From contig OY781089.1 in assembly GCA_963676565.1 (NCBI GenBank), positions 2,016,001-2,080,000 on the forward strand: 64,000 nt of DNA. The letters run 5' to 3'. Positions 41,574 through 53,778 of this stretch are shown piece by piece. The notes beneath the pieces were generated by a model. It did not search any database, was not told where the DNA came from, and saw only the letters and a program-made list of their open reading frames with translations. This DNA is from Halarcobacter sp. (GTDB taxonomy: Bacteria > Campylobacterota > Campylobacteria > Campylobacterales > Arcobacteraceae). Position numbers and translations under genes: made by a program. How positions within the stretch are numbered: the first letter of the stretch is position 1; every line of letters starts with the position of its first letter.

Positions 41574-44540
41574 ATGAATTTTTTTACTAATGTCTCTTTA
41601 CGAAATAAAATACTTTTTACATTAGCAATACCAATACTTTTAGTAATATTACTTGCGTATACTCTTTTTATAGAAAAAATAGAAAAACAAAATTCAATTA
41701 ATCATACAAAAGAATATCTAGGTTTTACTATTAGTTCAGCAAAACTATCAGTAAATTTACAAAAAGAGAGTGAATATAGTATAGAATTTATTGATTCATA
41801 TGGTAAAGGTTCAAAGGATAAATTAAAAATAATCCAAAGTGAAGTTGATGAAAATATTTTAGCATTACAAAAAAATATTAAATTAATTGAGAATGATGAA
41901 AAGTCATTTTCTAGCAAAATAATTAAATTAAAAAAGTTACTTAAAGAAAAAGAAAATATTCGAAAACAAGTAAAAGAGCTTGCAATTAGTAGTGATGAAT
42001 TAAGTAGCTATTATAAAAAATTTGTAGAAATCTTATTGTCTTTTATGGATGATGTTGTAACTTATAGCAATGATGGTGAATTATCAAAGAAGTTACAATC
42101 TTATATATTTTTAGTACATTTTCTAATAAATGCCGAAGAGGAAAGAATGTTGGTAAAAAATATTTTTGATAAGGGGGTTTTATTAAATAATGATAATATG
42201 GAATTTAATAAACTTGTTACAAATCAAAATATATTTTTAGGTCAATTTAAAAAAATTGCTTCTGCTGATAGTCTTAAATATAGTGACGATGAAAAAAAGT
42301 GTGAAAAATGTAAAGAGTTAAATAAGTTTAGAACTATACTTTTTGATAAAAGTTTAAAAGACCAAATTATAAGTGATATCTATGCACATGCTGGGTTTGG
42401 TGGACTTATTCATAATTATAAAAACTATTTAGTTAGAAATGATAACAAATCCTTAAATAATGTTCAGAAGTATCACACAGCGATAAAAAGAAGTGTTAAC
42501 AAATATAGAAGATTAAAAGGTATAACAAAAGAGGAAAAGAGGCTATTAAAAGTTATTAAAAATAGTTTTGATTCTTATATGGGAAATGTATTAGATATTT
42601 CTGATTCATTATCACAAGGTAAAACGATTAAAGAAATTGATGAAATCGTTAAGTTAGATACAACTAAAACAGTACAATCTCTAAAAAAGTTAAATCAAAA
42701 TATTTTTGGAGCCCAAAAAGAAAAATGGATTGAAGTATCTACTTCAAGAATCAATTACTATGAAAAGTTGGTAGATAGATTAACTTTAGATATAAATAAG
42801 TATATAGAAACGAAAAACTCTCAACTAAATAATGAATTTATTTTCTTTGGAATATTTTTGATTGTTATGTTAGTAATTATTTTTATCATTAGTACACTTA
42901 TGACTAAAAAAATTGTTTCAAGTTTAAAAGTTTTTAAACAAGGACTTGAATATTTCTTCCAATATGTAATTAGAGAAAAAGATTATTTAAAACCAATGGA
43001 AGTAAAAGGGAATGATGAATTTGCTCAAATGACACATGATATGAATTTACAAATTGAAAAGATTCAAAAAATTATTGAGCAAGATAAAAAGGTAGTAAAT
43101 GAGATTACTGATGTAATTGTAAAAGTTTCTAATGGATTTTTAGAGTATAGCTTACATGAAAAAGGTGCAACACAAGAGGTTGAATCTTTAAGGCTGATTA
43201 TTAATAAAATGATATCTTATACAAAAAATAAAGTTGATAATATAAATCTTTTACTTGATAATTATGCACTTGGTAAATATAACTTTAGATTAAGTGAAGA
43301 GCAAAGGGTAGGGATGTATGGTAATTTTGGTACCCTTTCAACTAGAACAGTTTTATTAGGACAATCTATTTCTCAGTTAATTGCAATGATTACAAATGCG
43401 GGAAATGAATTAAAAAATAATACTCAAACTCTTACAACTTCATCTCAAATGTTATCAAATAGTTCAAATGAACAGGCAAGTTCATTAGAACAAACAGCAG
43501 CTTCAATTGAACAAATTACTTCAAATATGAAAAGTAGCTCAAAGGATGTTACTGAGATGTTGAGAATTGCAGATGATTTAAGTACTAGTGCAAATATAGG
43601 AAATGAATTAGCATCAAAAACTTCAAGCTCTATGGATGAGATAAATGAAAAAGTTAGTGCTATTAGTGAAGCTATAGCAGTAATTGATCAAATTGCATTT
43701 CAAACAAATATTCTTTCATTAAATGCAGCTGTTGAAGCAGCAACCGCTGGGGAAGCTGGAAAAGGATTTGCAGTAGTTGCAGGGGAAGTAAGAAATTTAG
43801 CAAATAGAAGTGCAGATGCAGCAAATGAGATTAAAAAACTTGTAGAAGATGCAAGTAAAAAATCAAATGAAGGTAAAACCATAGCCAATGATATGATAAC
43901 TGGCTACGATAATCTTTCTTCAAAAATCATTGATACAAGAAAGATAATTGATAATGTTACCCTTGCCATAAAAGAGCAAGAAAGTGGTATGATTCAAGTA
44001 AATGATGCTATTAATTTAATAGATCAAATGACACAAAAAAATGCACAAACATCCCATGAGATAGATTTACTATCACAAGAAGTTTCAAAGCTGTCAAATA
44101 GACTATTAGGGATAACTAAACAAACAAATATTAATGATAAATACTATGATATGGTTGATGATATACAAATTATTTCTGATGTTTCAAAGTATAAAAATGA
44201 TCATATTAACTTTAAAAGAAGATATTTTAAAGAACTAGATTCATACTCTTCAATAAATGTAGTTGATTGTAAGTCTTGTAACTTAGGTAAGTGGATTGTT
44301 GATAATGAAAATATGCAAAAAGAGTTTGTATTCTCTAATGAATGGAAAAAATTAAAAGATTATCATCAATCATTACATGATGAAGTTCAAAACTATATAA
44401 ATCTAAATCATAAAAAAGTAGACAATAAACAGTTAAAGAACTCAGCTTCATTAATTGAAAAATATACAGAAGAGATATTTAAAAGTTTGAATGAGATACT
44501 TCATATAAATACTATAAATATAAGAAATAAAGCTAGTTAA
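41574..44540 (+). CDS. Methyl-accepting chemotaxis protein with interrupted NIT-like sensor and C-terminal CZB domain
   Basis: 2 [33 protein letters not shown]-terminal H...CNLGKW...HQSLH. Confidence 0.92.
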   Translation: MNFFTNVSLRNKILFTLAIPILLVILLAYTLFIEKIEKQNSINHTKEYLGFTISSAKLSVNLQKESEYSIEFIDSYGKGSKDKLKIIQSEVDENILALQKNIKLIENDEKSFSSKIIKLKKLLKEKENIRKQVKELAISSDELSSYYKKFVEILLSFMDDVVTYSNDGELSKKLQSYIFLVHFLINAEEERMLVKNIFDKGVLLNNDNMEFNKLVTNQNIFLGQFKKIASADSLKYSDDEKKCEKCKELNKFRTILFDKSLKDQIISDIYAHAGFGGLIHNYKNYLVRNDNKSLNNVQKYHTAIKRSVNKYRRLKGITKEEKRLLKVIKNSFDSYMGNVLDISDSLSQGKTIKEIDEIVKLDTTKTVQSLKKLNQNIFGAQKEKWIEVSTSRINYYEKLVDRLTLDINKYIETKNSQLNNEFIFFGIFLIVMLVIIFIISTLMTKKIVSSLKVFKQGLEYFFQYVIREKDYLKPMEVKGNDEFAQMTHDMNLQIEKIQKIIEQDKKVVNEITDVIVKVSNGFLEYSLHEKGATQEVESLRLIINKMISYTKNKVDNINLLLDNYALGKYNFRLSEEQRVGMYGNFGTLSTRTVLLGQSISQLIAMITNAGNELKNNTQTLTTSSQMLSNSSNEQASSLEQTAASIEQITSNMKSSSKDVTEMLRIADDLSTSANIGNELASKTSSSMDEINEKVSAISEAIAVIDQIAFQTNILSLNAAVEAATAGEAGKGFAVVAGEVRNLANRSADAANEIKKLVEDASKKSNEGKTIANDMITGYDNLSSKIIDTRKIIDNVTLAIKEQESGMIQVNDAINLIDQMTQKNAQTSHEIDLLSQEVSKLSNRLLGITKQTNINDKYYDMVDDIQIISDVSKYKNDHINFKRRYFKELDSYSSINVVDCKSCNLGKWIVDNENMQKEFVFSNEWKKLKDYHQSLHDEVQNYINLNHKKVDNKQLKNSASLIEKYTEEIFKSLNEILHINTINIRNKAS

Positions 44541-44638
44541 AAAAGAAATTAGCATTATTTTCTTTTTTTTAGTTGTGTGATAAAGAAAATTTTAAGAAAA
44601 GAAGAGTAAAATAATTTTATAAGTAATTAAGGTTTAGC

Positions 44639-44998
44639 ATGACTATTTTCCCTGTAGATTCAGTGAGTGAAAATTCAATAATATCAACCTCTTTAGAAAA
44701 AGCAAAATATTTTGTAGTTTATAATAAAAATAGTATAAAAATTGAGCCAAACCCAAGTACATATGGAGTTGAATTACTTCAATGGCTTGATGATAAGGGT
44801 GTATGTTCTATTATAATTAAAGAGATGGAAGTAAATCCCTATAATAAATTAAAAAACTCTCGTATAAAAATATATCATGTGGGAGATGAACTTAAGAATA
44901 TAAATGAAATAATCCACAGTTATAAAAATAAAGAATTAAAACTTTTAAATAAAGATAAAATGTTAGAAATAGTAAAACTACATGAAAGTAGAATATAA
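44639..44998 (+). CDS. NifB/NifX-family (FeMo-cofactor-binding fold) small protein, divergent
   Basis: IFPVD...AKYFVVY...NP...G...L...GV..II..M pattern; usual HFG motif absent. Confidence 0.6.
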   Translation: MTIFPVDSVSENSIISTSLEKAKYFVVYNKNSIKIEPNPSTYGVELLQWLDDKGVCSIIIKEMEVNPYNKLKNSRIKIYHVGDELKNINEIIHSYKNKELKLLNKDKMLEIVKLHESRI

Positions 44999-45079
44999 AT
45001 GAAATAAAATAGTTTTATATATTTCTTTCTTTAATTATTTTAAATATATAATGTAATACATTTTTTAAAGGACGTTAAA

Positions 45080-45289
45080 ATGGAAATTAGTAAATTATTT
45101 AAGGAACTAAATATTTGTTGTCACTCATTTGATGATAAAAAAAAGTTGATTAAAAAAATTGAAAAAAAGATAGATGATAAAGGCTATTCTTATAAAGTTA
45201 CCTCTGAAGCTATTAAAATTATTAAAGCATTAAAAGAGAAAAAAGTCTCTTTTAAAGAGCTAAAAGATAATTGTATAGAAATAAACTAA
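45080..45289 (+). CDS. Small basic hypothetical protein
   Basis: 69-aa ORF with SD AAGGA and upstream TATAAT. Confidence 0.6.
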   Translation: MEISKLFKELNICCHSFDDKKKLIKKIEKKIDDKGYSYKVTSEAIKIIKALKEKKVSFKELKDNCIEIN

Positions 45290-45549
45290 GAAATCTCTTT
45301 TTTACTTGCAAAACCTGCATTTGGTTTTGATTTTGCTTCTAATTCTAAAGAGTTGATTAACTCTTTATAATCAATGCCTGCTTTGTTCATATGAGCGAAG
45401 CAAGTAACAACTGATGCTATTGTATTAGGAATTGCATCTTTTTTCTTATATGACTGTATGTTCTTTTCACTAACTTTAATTAATTTACAAAACTTTGGGA
45501 TTGTAAGTTCTGCATCTAATAATGTTTTTTTAAACTCAATAAATGTCAT
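45286..45549 (-). CDS. Small XRE/Cro-like HTH protein
   Basis: EFKKTL..AELTIPKFCKLIKVSEKNIQSYKK..IP helix-turn-helix pattern. Confidence 0.65.
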   Translation of the reverse strand: MTFIEFKKTLLDAELTIPKFCKLIKVSEKNIQSYKKKDAIPNTIASVVTCFAHMNKAGIDYKELINSLELEAKSKPNAGFASKKEIS

Positions 45550-45670
45550 TTTAAACTCTTTTGTAAAATTTTATATAGAATAATAACATAATTTATTTTA
45601 AATTAATTTATTATATATAATAGTTATATAATATTACTTTATGTAATAAGAAAAACAAAAAGGACTTGCC

Positions 45671-45859
45671 ATGGCAAAAGAATTAAAGAAAAAAGTAATC
45701 GCAAAAGTTGCTAAAAAAGCTGTAAAAAAAGCAGATATCAAAAAGAAAAATGCACCTGCTGCAGTAAAAGTTGTTAAAAAAGCTGTTGCTAAAAAAGCTC
45801 CAACAAAATTAAAAGTTGCTAAAAAATTAGCTAAAAAAGCTGTTAAGAAAGCTGCATAA
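45671..45859 (+). CDS. Histone H1-like Lys/Ala-rich basic protein
   Basis: 62 aa with 25 Lys and 16 Ala in AKKA repeats; SD AAGGA; own terminator. Confidence 0.8.
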   Translation: MAKELKKKVIAKVAKKAVKKADIKKKNAPAAVKVVKKAVAKKAPTKLKVAKKLAKKAVKKAA

Positions 45860-45861
45860 TT

Positions 45862-45885
45862 TATAGAAGGGTTATCCCTTCTATA
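45862..45885. terminator. Intrinsic terminator between convergent genes
   Basis: TATAGAAGGG-TTAT-CCCTTCTATA. Confidence 0.75.
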
Positions 45886-45886
45886 T

Positions 45887-46312
45887 TTATTTATTATTTT
45901 CAATAAATTCTAAGATATGGTTTTTAATTGTATCTTTTACAATTTTTGTTTTATTTAATTTTTCTTCATCTGATCCAGTAAATGAGCTTGGATCAGTAAA
46001 ACTCCAATTTATTTTATTATTTACACCTGGAAACAAAGGACATCTTTCAGATGCTTCTTCATCACATACAGTAATTACATAATTATAAGTTTTACCTTCT
46101 TTAAATAAATCAAAAGCAGACCTAGTCTCTTTTTCAGAAATATCTATTCCTTCATCTTCTTTTAATAGTTTAACTACAATAGGATTTAATGTCCCTGGTT
46201 CAAGTCCTGCACTCTCAGCAATAAATTTATCTGAAGCATATTTTCTTAATAGCTCTTCAGCCATTTGACTTCTTGCACTGTTATGAATACATACAAATAG
46301 TACTTTTTTCAA
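45887..46312 (-). CDS. arsC: Arsenate reductase, LMW-PTPase/thioredoxin type
   Basis: FVCIHNSARSQMAE, SAG, VITVCD...CPLFPG, WSFTDPS. Confidence 0.88.
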   Translation of the reverse strand: MKKVLFVCIHNSARSQMAEELLRKYASDKFIAESAGLEPGTLNPIVVKLLKEDEGIDISEKETRSAFDLFKEGKTYNYVITVCDEEASERCPLFPGVNNKINWSFTDPSSFTGSDEEKLNKTKIVKDTIKNHILEFIENNK

Positions 46313-46417
46313 TCTGATTTCCTTTAAAATTTTTAAAAGGAATTATACTTATAAAAAATTACAAAAAAACTACTCAAATATTTTAATAATTTAAACAAAA
46401 TATATTTTCTATGATGT

Positions 46418-48541
46418 TTATCTTTCTCTAAATTTCTTTTTATTTACTTCTTCAAGAATTGTTTGTGCTATATTTGAAGTATTTTCAGCTATTTGGTGAG
46501 TCTCCCCTGCTACGGCTGCATTGTTTTGTGATTGTTGGTCAAGTCTATTGATCACATCATTTATTTGCTCAATACTTGTTTTTTGTTCCTTTGATGCTTC
46601 TGAGATATCTTTAATAGCATCTGTCGTTTTCGCAATATTTTCATTTAGAGTTTTATATCCTTGAATCATATTCCCCGCTATTTGTTTACCTGTATCAGTT
46701 TTTTGAGTTGCATTTTCAACTAAATCTTTAATCTCTTTAGCAGCTTCTGCACTTCTAGCTGCTAGGTTTCTAACCTCTTGGGCTACAACTGCAAACCCTT
46801 TTCCTGCTTCTCCTGCTGTTGCTGCTTCAACTGCTGCATTTAAAGATAAAATATTTGTTTGGAAAGCTATTTGGTCAATTACTGTAATTGCTTCAGCAAT
46901 TGCTTGAGTTTGTTCATTTATCTCATCCATTGATGTTACAGTAGAACTTGCTAGTTCTTGACCTTTTTTAATAGATTTAGATAATTCATGAGAGTGTAAT
47001 GACATTTCAGAGATTCTATTTGTATTATTTACAACTGTACTTGTAATCTCTTCTAAAGCTGCAGCAGTTTCTTCAAGTGATACGGCAGTTTCATTTGAAG
47101 ATTTATTTAATACATCTACATTTTGAAGCAATATTTTTGAACTATCTTCAAGTGCGAGACCATTTTCTTTGTTTTCTTTTAACATTTGATTAATGATATT
47201 ACAAAGGTTGTTTAATCCTCTTGAGATATTACCATCAGGATTTGGAATTGTATTAGTAAAGTCAAGTTTTGCATATTTTTCAAGGTGTGATAAAATTGGG
47301 CTTATATCACTATTAACATTTTCATTAATAGTTTCTATCATTTGGTTTAATATATCTTTTAACTCATTTAATGATTTGTTTTCAGTTGATTTTTCAACTA
47401 ATATATTTAGTTTTCCCTCTTGTACCTTTGCAACTACATCTTTTACATTGTTGATTAATTCTTTATCTGATTCAAGTCTTTTTGATATTGATACCATTTC
47501 TTCATTAATAACTTTTGCCATTGTTCCAAATTCATCATTTGTATTTATATTTATCTCTTTAATCACATTCTCTTCACCTTTTAGATATTTAAAGAAATAG
47601 TGGAATCCCTCTTCAACAGTTTTTATTGGAGATAAGATTTTAAGTAAAGAGTAAAAAATAATAGCTAAAATAACAAAAAGTAAAACAATATATAAAACGA
47701 TCTCTTCTATTACATCTGCATTTATTTCTTTATAAATATCTTCTTTGTTTAGTTCTAATACAAGATTCCAATTTGTAGTTTTTAGAGTACTATAGGTAAC
47801 TAATTTGGTAACACTATTTTGTGTTGCTTCACCAAAATTAAGTTTTTTTTCGGTTTTTATTTGTTTAAGTAAAGTGTCATTTTTATTCATTAATTTTTTA
47901 TTTTTATGGATTAAAATTTTACCTTCTGAATCAGTTAAATATGATAATCCTAAACCATCAAGTTGAATATTTAAAATAGTTTCAACAATAGTATCAATAA
48001 AAATATCAGAACCAATAACCCCAACTAGATTACCATTTTGATAAAAAGGAACTGCCACTGATACAATCATTTTTTTTGTTGTTACATCGAGGTATGGTTT
48101 TGATACTGTAGCTTTCTTTGCATCTAGAGTTTGTTGATACCAAGGTCTTTTTGTAGCATTATAGTTGTCTTTTTCAACTGTTAATGTATTACCATTTGCA
48201 AGTAATAAAGAACCATCTTTTTGATATCCAATATATACATCAACAAAGTTTCCTGAGTTTTTTGCTTGCAAAAAAGAGTCTAATACTTTCTGTTTCTCTT
48301 CATCGATATTTGTATTTTCTAATTGTTTAGCGATAGCGCGAATAATATCCATTTTTGATTCTATGAATCCATCAATAAATTTTGATTCCTCTTTTATAAG
48401 ATTTAAACTGTTTTGTTTTACTAGCTTGTCTTGTGATGCATAACTACTTTGTGCATTGTTAAAACCTAGTATTGCAAAAGATACTAAAGTACTAACAAAA
48501 ACAAGTAGTAGCAATTTAAGTTTTATACTATTAATTTTCAT
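46418..48541 (-). CDS. dCache_1 methyl-accepting chemotaxis protein
   Basis: YNATKRPWY...PYLD dCache motif; MCP signalling hairpin. Confidence 0.93.
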   Translation of the reverse strand: MKINSIKLKLLLLVFVSTLVSFAILGFNNAQSSYASQDKLVKQNSLNLIKEESKFIDGFIESKMDIIRAIAKQLENTNIDEEKQKVLDSFLQAKNSGNFVDVYIGYQKDGSLLLANGNTLTVEKDNYNATKRPWYQQTLDAKKATVSKPYLDVTTKKMIVSVAVPFYQNGNLVGVIGSDIFIDTIVETILNIQLDGLGLSYLTDSEGKILIHKNKKLMNKNDTLLKQIKTEKKLNFGEATQNSVTKLVTYSTLKTTNWNLVLELNKEDIYKEINADVIEEIVLYIVLLFVILAIIFYSLLKILSPIKTVEEGFHYFFKYLKGEENVIKEININTNDEFGTMAKVINEEMVSISKRLESDKELINNVKDVVAKVQEGKLNILVEKSTENKSLNELKDILNQMIETINENVNSDISPILSHLEKYAKLDFTNTIPNPDGNISRGLNNLCNIINQMLKENKENGLALEDSSKILLQNVDVLNKSSNETAVSLEETAAALEEITSTVVNNTNRISEMSLHSHELSKSIKKGQELASSTVTSMDEINEQTQAIAEAITVIDQIAFQTNILSLNAAVEAATAGEAGKGFAVVAQEVRNLAARSAEAAKEIKDLVENATQKTDTGKQIAGNMIQGYKTLNENIAKTTDAIKDISEASKEQKTSIEQINDVINRLDQQSQNNAAVAGETHQIAENTSNIAQTILEEVNKKKFRER

Positions 48542-48663
48542 TTTATGTCCTTTTATTATTTAAAGCAACGAAAAACGTTGATTATTATATCTTATAATAA
48601 CTTAAAAAGGTTTCATTTTGGAAGCATTTTTATAAAAAATAATTATTATGAATTTTCTTATCC

Positions 48664-51600
48664 TTAATTAGATTTAACCCATTTTCTAACCTCTTTAATC
48701 ACAAGTTTCAATTCATTTTGGGTTTCATCAATTAAATTTTTATCAACTTTTTGATTAAATTTTAAAGATCGCTCTATTTTTGCAAATAGATTTGATAATT
48801 TCATAGCACCCATTGTTCCACAAACACCTTTTAGAGTATGTGCTAAATTAATTGCATCATCAAATTTAGTTTCTAAAATATATCTTTCTAAAATTGTATA
48901 ATCATTAATCCTATCTTGTAAAAAGCTCTCTAGAAAATTTTTATATAAATCAGTGCGTCCTATCATTCTTGAAATAGCTTCTTTTGTGTCAAGAGTTTTA
49001 TTATTCTCTCCTTCAATTTTTTTAAGACTTATTCTTTTTATTTTTCCATTAGAATTTATCCAATGCCTTACTTTATTATATAAATCTTTAACATCAAAAG
49101 GTTTAATAATATAATCAGACATACCAATATCTAAACATTTATCTAAATCTTTTTTTAACGCATTTGCTGTTAATGCAACAATTGGTATATTTTTGAATTG
49201 TTCATTCTGCTTAATATTTGTAGTTGCAGTATATCCATCCATAATAGGCATATGAATATCCATTAATATCAGATTATAATAGTTTGGATTGTTATTAAAT
49301 ACTTTGTCAAGAGCCTCTTTACCATTTGATGCTATTTCAACATCACTTACTATCTCTTTTAAAAATGTTTGAGCAAGTTCTTGATTTATATCGTTATCTT
49401 CTACAAGTAAAATTCTAGCATTTAATATTTTTTTATTTTCAGTATCTAAATTTTTTATTTCAGATTTTTTTATCTTATTTTTATAATTTATCTCTTCTTC
49501 TATAGATATACTAGATATTGTAAAGCAAAAAGAACTTCCTTTTCCTTCTTTACTTTCAAAACTAATTTCTCCTCCCATTAATTCAACTAAATTTTTAGCT
49601 ATTACTAAACCTAAACCAGTTCCTCCAAACTCCCTAGAAATAGAATTATCCTCTTGTATAAAAGGTTTAAACAAAGCTTTTTGTTTATCTTTTGCAATTC
49701 CTTTTCCTGTATCAATTATTGAAAATTTTAAAGTGATATTATCATTCTCTTTTGATAAAAGTTGAATCTTAACTTTTACTGAGCCTTTTTGAGTAAATTT
49801 TATAGCATTACTAACTAAATTAATTAGTACTTGTGTCAGTCTTAATTTATCGCCCACTATAAGTTCTGGTGTGAACTGATCTTGAATAATAATAAATTCT
49901 AAGTCTTTTTGTCTTGCGGTGTATCCAAATAAATCATTTAGTTGACTTACTATTTCTCTTAAATTAAATGGTTTATTATCAATATCTATTTTTCTAGCTT
50001 CAATTTTTGAAAAATCTAAAATATCATTAATAATACCCAGTAGCATTTTTGCAGAATTTTGTCCTTTTTTAACATATTCCTTTGACAATTCAGTATCTGT
50101 ATCAATTTTAGATAGTGCTAAATTTAACATCCCAATAATACCATTCATTGGTGTTCTTATTTCATGGCTCATATTTGCTAAAAACTCACTTTTTGCATGA
50201 TTTGCTTTTAATAGTTTTTCTTCAATCTCTTTTCTTTTTTTAATTTCATTTTTTAATCTTCTTAACCAAAAAAGTATAATAATTAATATGAATAATAAAA
50301 CTGAAACTATTTTGTACACTAATGAATAATCTATTCCTTTATCAACTTTGACGCCAATCCATTTACTAAAAGAATTTGCAATTTCTTTATGAGAAATACT
50401 ATTTAAAGCCTTCTGCAAAATAGAATTAAGTAATGGTTCTTTTTTTACTGTCGCAATTGATAAGTTTAAATTTATATCAAATTTTCCAGCAATTTTTAAA
50501 TCAAAACTTCCTTCTTGTTGTAAATAATAACCTAAGTTCCCAATGGAACCTATATATCCATATATTTGACCACTTCTGACTTTTTCAACTCCTTCTCTAA
50601 TATCTGAAAGTAAAATAAGTTTTAAATTTGGGTATTCTTTTTTTAATATTTTTTCGTATGCAGAACCTTTTGCTACACCAATCTTTTTTCCATATAATTC
50701 ATCTATAGTATTTACAAAAAGTGTTTCATTTTTTGTGACAATTCCAGTATATGTTGTTACATAAGGACTTGTAAAATCTAAGAAATCTTTTCTGCTATCT
50801 AGTTTTTGTGCTAAAGGTAAAATATCACAATAACCTTTTTTTAATGCATCGAAAGTTTCTTTAAAAGTTTTAGTTTGATAAACTTTTAGCTCTATTCCTA
50901 ATTTTTTTTCAATAACATCCATCAAATCTTTAGTTAGACCAATATGGTTACCATTTTTGTCAAAACCTTCATAGGGCATATAACTTGGAATTAGACACAT
51001 ATTAATAACTTTTTTTCTATCTAGATAATTTAATTCAGTGATTGATAAATTAATTTGTTTTTCATTAGGATTATTTATTTTTCCGTACCATTTTTCTTCT
51101 AATTCTGATATTTCACCTGGAGTAATACTTGACAATCCTTTATTAATAATAGTTAAAAGTTCTGGATATTCTTGATGAGTCATATAATGTAAACTTCTAT
51201 AATTAGGTTTATCATATTCTTCTACAAGACCATGTATTTTTATATTAGTGTATAGATTCTTTTTAATAAAATAATTCATTACTTGCTTGGAATCAATTAA
51301 GGCATATACTTTATCAGTCAATAAGTACTCTAACCCTTCTTGAACATTATTAACTGTTACAAGTTCTATTTGTGGATAATTTTCTTTTAAAAAAAATTCA
51401 ATACCAAAACTTTTTCCTACTGCAACTTTTTTACCATATAAATCTTTTAGATTTTTTATCTTCTTTTTATCCTTTTTTGTTGCAAACGAGTTGTTATATA
51501 AAAAAATAGGATTTGATACAATGGAGTTAGAATCTTTAGTGAACACTATTTCTATAGGTTGAATCAAATCTAATTTCTTGTTTTTGTACATAGTAAATAA

Positions 51601-52932
51601 TTCATCCCATGTGTAACCATTAACAAATTCAAAGTTTAAACCTGTTTTTGATGAAATACTTTTTAAAATATCAATAGAGTATCCTTGAGGTTTTCCATTT
51701 ATTGCAAAATCAAAAGGAGCCCAATCTAATTCATTGCTTACTTTTATTACTGGTTTTTTTTTCAAAAACTCTTTTTCTTTTTTTGTAAGTTCTATAGTTG
51801 GAATTTTATCTTCACGAAGGATTCTTATTTCCTTCTTATTTAATATAATACTGTTTTTAGGTAGTAGTTCTTTATCAATAGAAAATTTATTTAAGAGTTC
51901 TTCATCAAAAATAAATTTTGCAGAATATTTCCTAATAATTGGGATTTCTTCTGGTTTTGTTCCTGATAATATTTTATGCGCCATATTAGCAGCCTCTAAT
52001 CCATGACTAAAACCTGTTTCTAGTTTTCCACCAATTATCCCATACCCAAGTAAAAAGTCCCATCCTGCATAAATAGGTAGATTAGTGATTTTATTGATTT
52101 CTTTTGTTACCTCAGGAATACTATAATATTTTCCATTTTTATCTTTAAAAAAACTATGAAAAAATATTACAGTATCCTCAGGAAGAGATTTAACCTCTTT
52201 CAATAATTGATTTAAAGTAGAAGGTTTAGAAAACTGAAAATTTATATCTTTATTTTTAAAACTATTTATGATTCTTTTTATTTCATTTTGAACAATAATT
52301 CCAGATTTTGTTTGATCATTTATGATGTAAATATTTCTAGTTCGTGGGTGAAGTTTAAGCATTAAATTAAAAGTAGCCTCAATATCAGACTCTTCACTAA
52401 CACCAGTTATATTTTTAGTTCCTTTAAGTTGTTTTTCTTTGAAAAAATTTACCCCACAAAATATAATTGGTGTATTTTTAAAAATTAAGTCTTTGTTTTC
52501 AACTAAAAATTCAAATGCATTATTATCAGAAGCAATTACTAGATCGAAGTTTTCATTTTTGTATCTATAATTGTATGTATCCTTTAATAGATTCATATAT
52601 TTTTTATCAAATTTTCTTTTTGTATCCATATATTCAATATTTAAACTAACATTAGTTTGTGGTGGGAATAATGCTTTAACTCCAGCTGTGATATCATCAG
52701 TCCATTTATATCCAATATGATATGAATTTAGAAGCAATACTTCTTTAGATTTTTTATATTTTTTTGGTTTATATCCAGTTGACTCAAAAATTTTTGAAGA
52801 TAACTCTTTTTTATTATATGAATTCAAGAAATTTAGATTTGTATCTTTATTAGATAAATTTATTTCATTAGCAAAAATATTTGTATAAAAACTAAATAAT
52901 ATAAGCAAAACTAATTTAAATAGTTTATTCAT
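48664..52932 (-). CDS. Unorthodox hybrid sensor kinase (three periplasmic binding modules, HisKA, HATPase, REC, HPt)
   Basis: LLNSYH.GY.WT type-I PBP-like module; two PBPb repeats (DWAPF, SYMPY); [26 protein letters not shown]. Confidence 0.93.
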   Translation of the reverse strand: MNKLFKLVLLILFSFYTNIFANEINLSNKDTNLNFLNSYNKKELSSKIFESTGYKPKKYKKSKEVLLLNSYHIGYKWTDDITAGVKALFPPQTNVSLNIEYMDTKRKFDKKYMNLLKDTYNYRYKNENFDLVIASDNNAFEFLVENKDLIFKNTPIIFCGVNFFKEKQLKGTKNITGVSEESDIEATFNLMLKLHPRTRNIYIINDQTKSGIIVQNEIKRIINSFKNKDINFQFSKPSTLNQLLKEVKSLPEDTVIFFHSFFKDKNGKYYSIPEVTKEINKITNLPIYAGWDFLLGYGIIGGKLETGFSHGLEAANMAHKILSGTKPEEIPIIRKYSAKFIFDEELLNKFSIDKELLPKNSIILNKKEIRILREDKIPTIELTKKEKEFLKKKPVIKVSNELDWAPFDFAINGKPQGYSIDILKSISSKTGLNFEFVNGYTWDELFTMYKNKKLDLIQPIEIVFTKDSNSIVSNPIFLYNNSFATKKDKKKIKNLKDLYGKKVAVGKSFGIEFFLKENYPQIELVTVNNVQEGLEYLLTDKVYALIDSKQVMNYFIKKNLYTNIKIHGLVEEYDKPNYRSLHYMTHQEYPELLTIINKGLSSITPGEISELEEKWYGKINNPNEKQINLSITELNYLDRKKVINMCLIPSYMPYEGFDKNGNHIGLTKDLMDVIEKKLGIELKVYQTKTFKETFDALKKGYCDILPLAQKLDSRKDFLDFTSPYVTTYTGIVTKNETLFVNTIDELYGKKIGVAKGSAYEKILKKEYPNLKLILLSDIREGVEKVRSGQIYGYIGSIGNLGYYLQQEGSFDLKIAGKFDINLNLSIATVKKEPLLNSILQKALNSISHKEIANSFSKWIGVKVDKGIDYSLVYKIVSVLLFILIIILFWLRRLKNEIKKRKEIEEKLLKANHAKSEFLANMSHEIRTPMNGIIGMLNLALSKIDTDTELSKEYVKKGQNSAKMLLGIINDILDFSKIEARKIDIDNKPFNLREIVSQLNDLFGYTARQKDLEFIIIQDQFTPELIVGDKLRLTQVLINLVSNAIKFTQKGSVKVKIQLLSKENDNITLKFSIIDTGKGIAKDKQKALFKPFIQEDNSISREFGGTGLGLVIAKNLVELMGGEISFESKEGKGSSFCFTISSISIEEEINYKNKIKKSEIKNLDTENKKILNARILLVEDNDINQELAQTFLKEIVSDVEIASNGKEALDKVFNNNPNYYNLILMDIHMPIMDGYTATTNIKQNEQFKNIPIVALTANALKKDLDKCLDIGMSDYIIKPFDVKDLYNKVRHWINSNGKIKRISLKKIEGENNKTLDTKEAISRMIGRTDLYKNFLESFLQDRINDYTILERYILETKFDDAINLAHTLKGVCGTMGAMKLSNLFAKIERSLKFNQKVDKNLIDETQNELKLVIKEVRKWVKSN

Positions 52933-53252
52933 TTATCTTACCTTTTATTATTTTTTATTATTCAATTACTAATATATACTATTTTTACTACATTTTAGTG
53001 ACAAATTTAATATTATAAGTAGTTTTGAAAAAAATATAATTCTCAAATGAACTTTAAAGTTAGATAGAAAAATATTAAAAAAAGTTATAATCTAAAATTT
53101 AAATTATCTTTATTGAACAATTATTTACTGTAATCATTTAGTTACTTAAAAATAATATCATTCGGCATTAACAAAATTATTAAGAATCTTGTCCTTTTTT
53201 CACATTCCTACTTTTCTTAATAAGATTGTTAGTTTTTATTTATACTCTTTAA

Positions 53253-53309
53253 AATAAAAAGAGGAGTCACTCCTTATTTCGTCCCATGAATAAGCTCCTC
53301 TTTTTTATT
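53253..53309. other. Long bulged hairpin; candidate sRNA, attenuator or terminator
   Basis: AATAAAAAGAGGAG/CTCCTCTTTTTTATT outer stem and CTTATT/AATAAG inner stem; TATACT at 53241. Confidence 0.5.
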
Positions 53310-53334
53310 CAAATTCAAAATTAGGATAAAACTT

Positions 53335-53736
53335 ATGAATAGATATTTTGATATGAAGAACTTCATTTTTATGGTAAAATTTTTAATAACTTTTGTATTA
53401 TATTTTTCTGTAAAAGATTTTTCAGAAGTTAATAGTTTCTCTCAGCTTGCAGTTGCCCTTTTAGAGTTCATTATTATATTAGAGCTCGTTAGGATGTTAT
53501 TAGAGTTTATGTTTAGTAATGAAAATAGAATTAGGATGAGAATTATGATTGATTCAACAATCGTATTTTTTATAAGAGATATTATGTTAATAGTAAATGA
53601 TAAATTTAATACAGAGAAAATTTTTACGATACTTGGTATAATAGCTGTTTTAATTTTATTTAGAATAATAGTTATGAAATACAGTCCATCAAAATTTGAA
53701 CTATTTTATAATAATAAAGACAAAAGTAATATCTAA
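53335..53736 (+). CDS. PsiE-family membrane protein
   Basis: 4 TM; LEFIIILELVRM...IDSTIVFFIRDIM pattern; SD AGGA. Confidence 0.75.
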   Translation: MNRYFDMKNFIFMVKFLITFVLYFSVKDFSEVNSFSQLAVALLEFIIILELVRMLLEFMFSNENRIRMRIMIDSTIVFFIRDIMLIVNDKFNTEKIFTILGIIAVLILFRIIVMKYSPSKFELFYNNKDKSNI

Positions 53737-53778
53737 TTTGAACTTATTGAATTAGTAGTACATATCCAAAGCTTGAAG

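Noticed and set aside
43680..43830. Sequence similarity with 46730-46880 as a possible inverted repeat or invertible segment
   Set aside because: Explained by the conserved MCP signalling hairpin in two convergent chemoreceptor genes.
45634..45903. 89-aa antisense ORF over the histone-like gene; also considered as a CRISPR-like repeat region
   Set aside because: It is the mirror of the Lys/Ala repeats; the plus-strand ORF has the SD and terminator; the repeats are short coding repeats without spacers.
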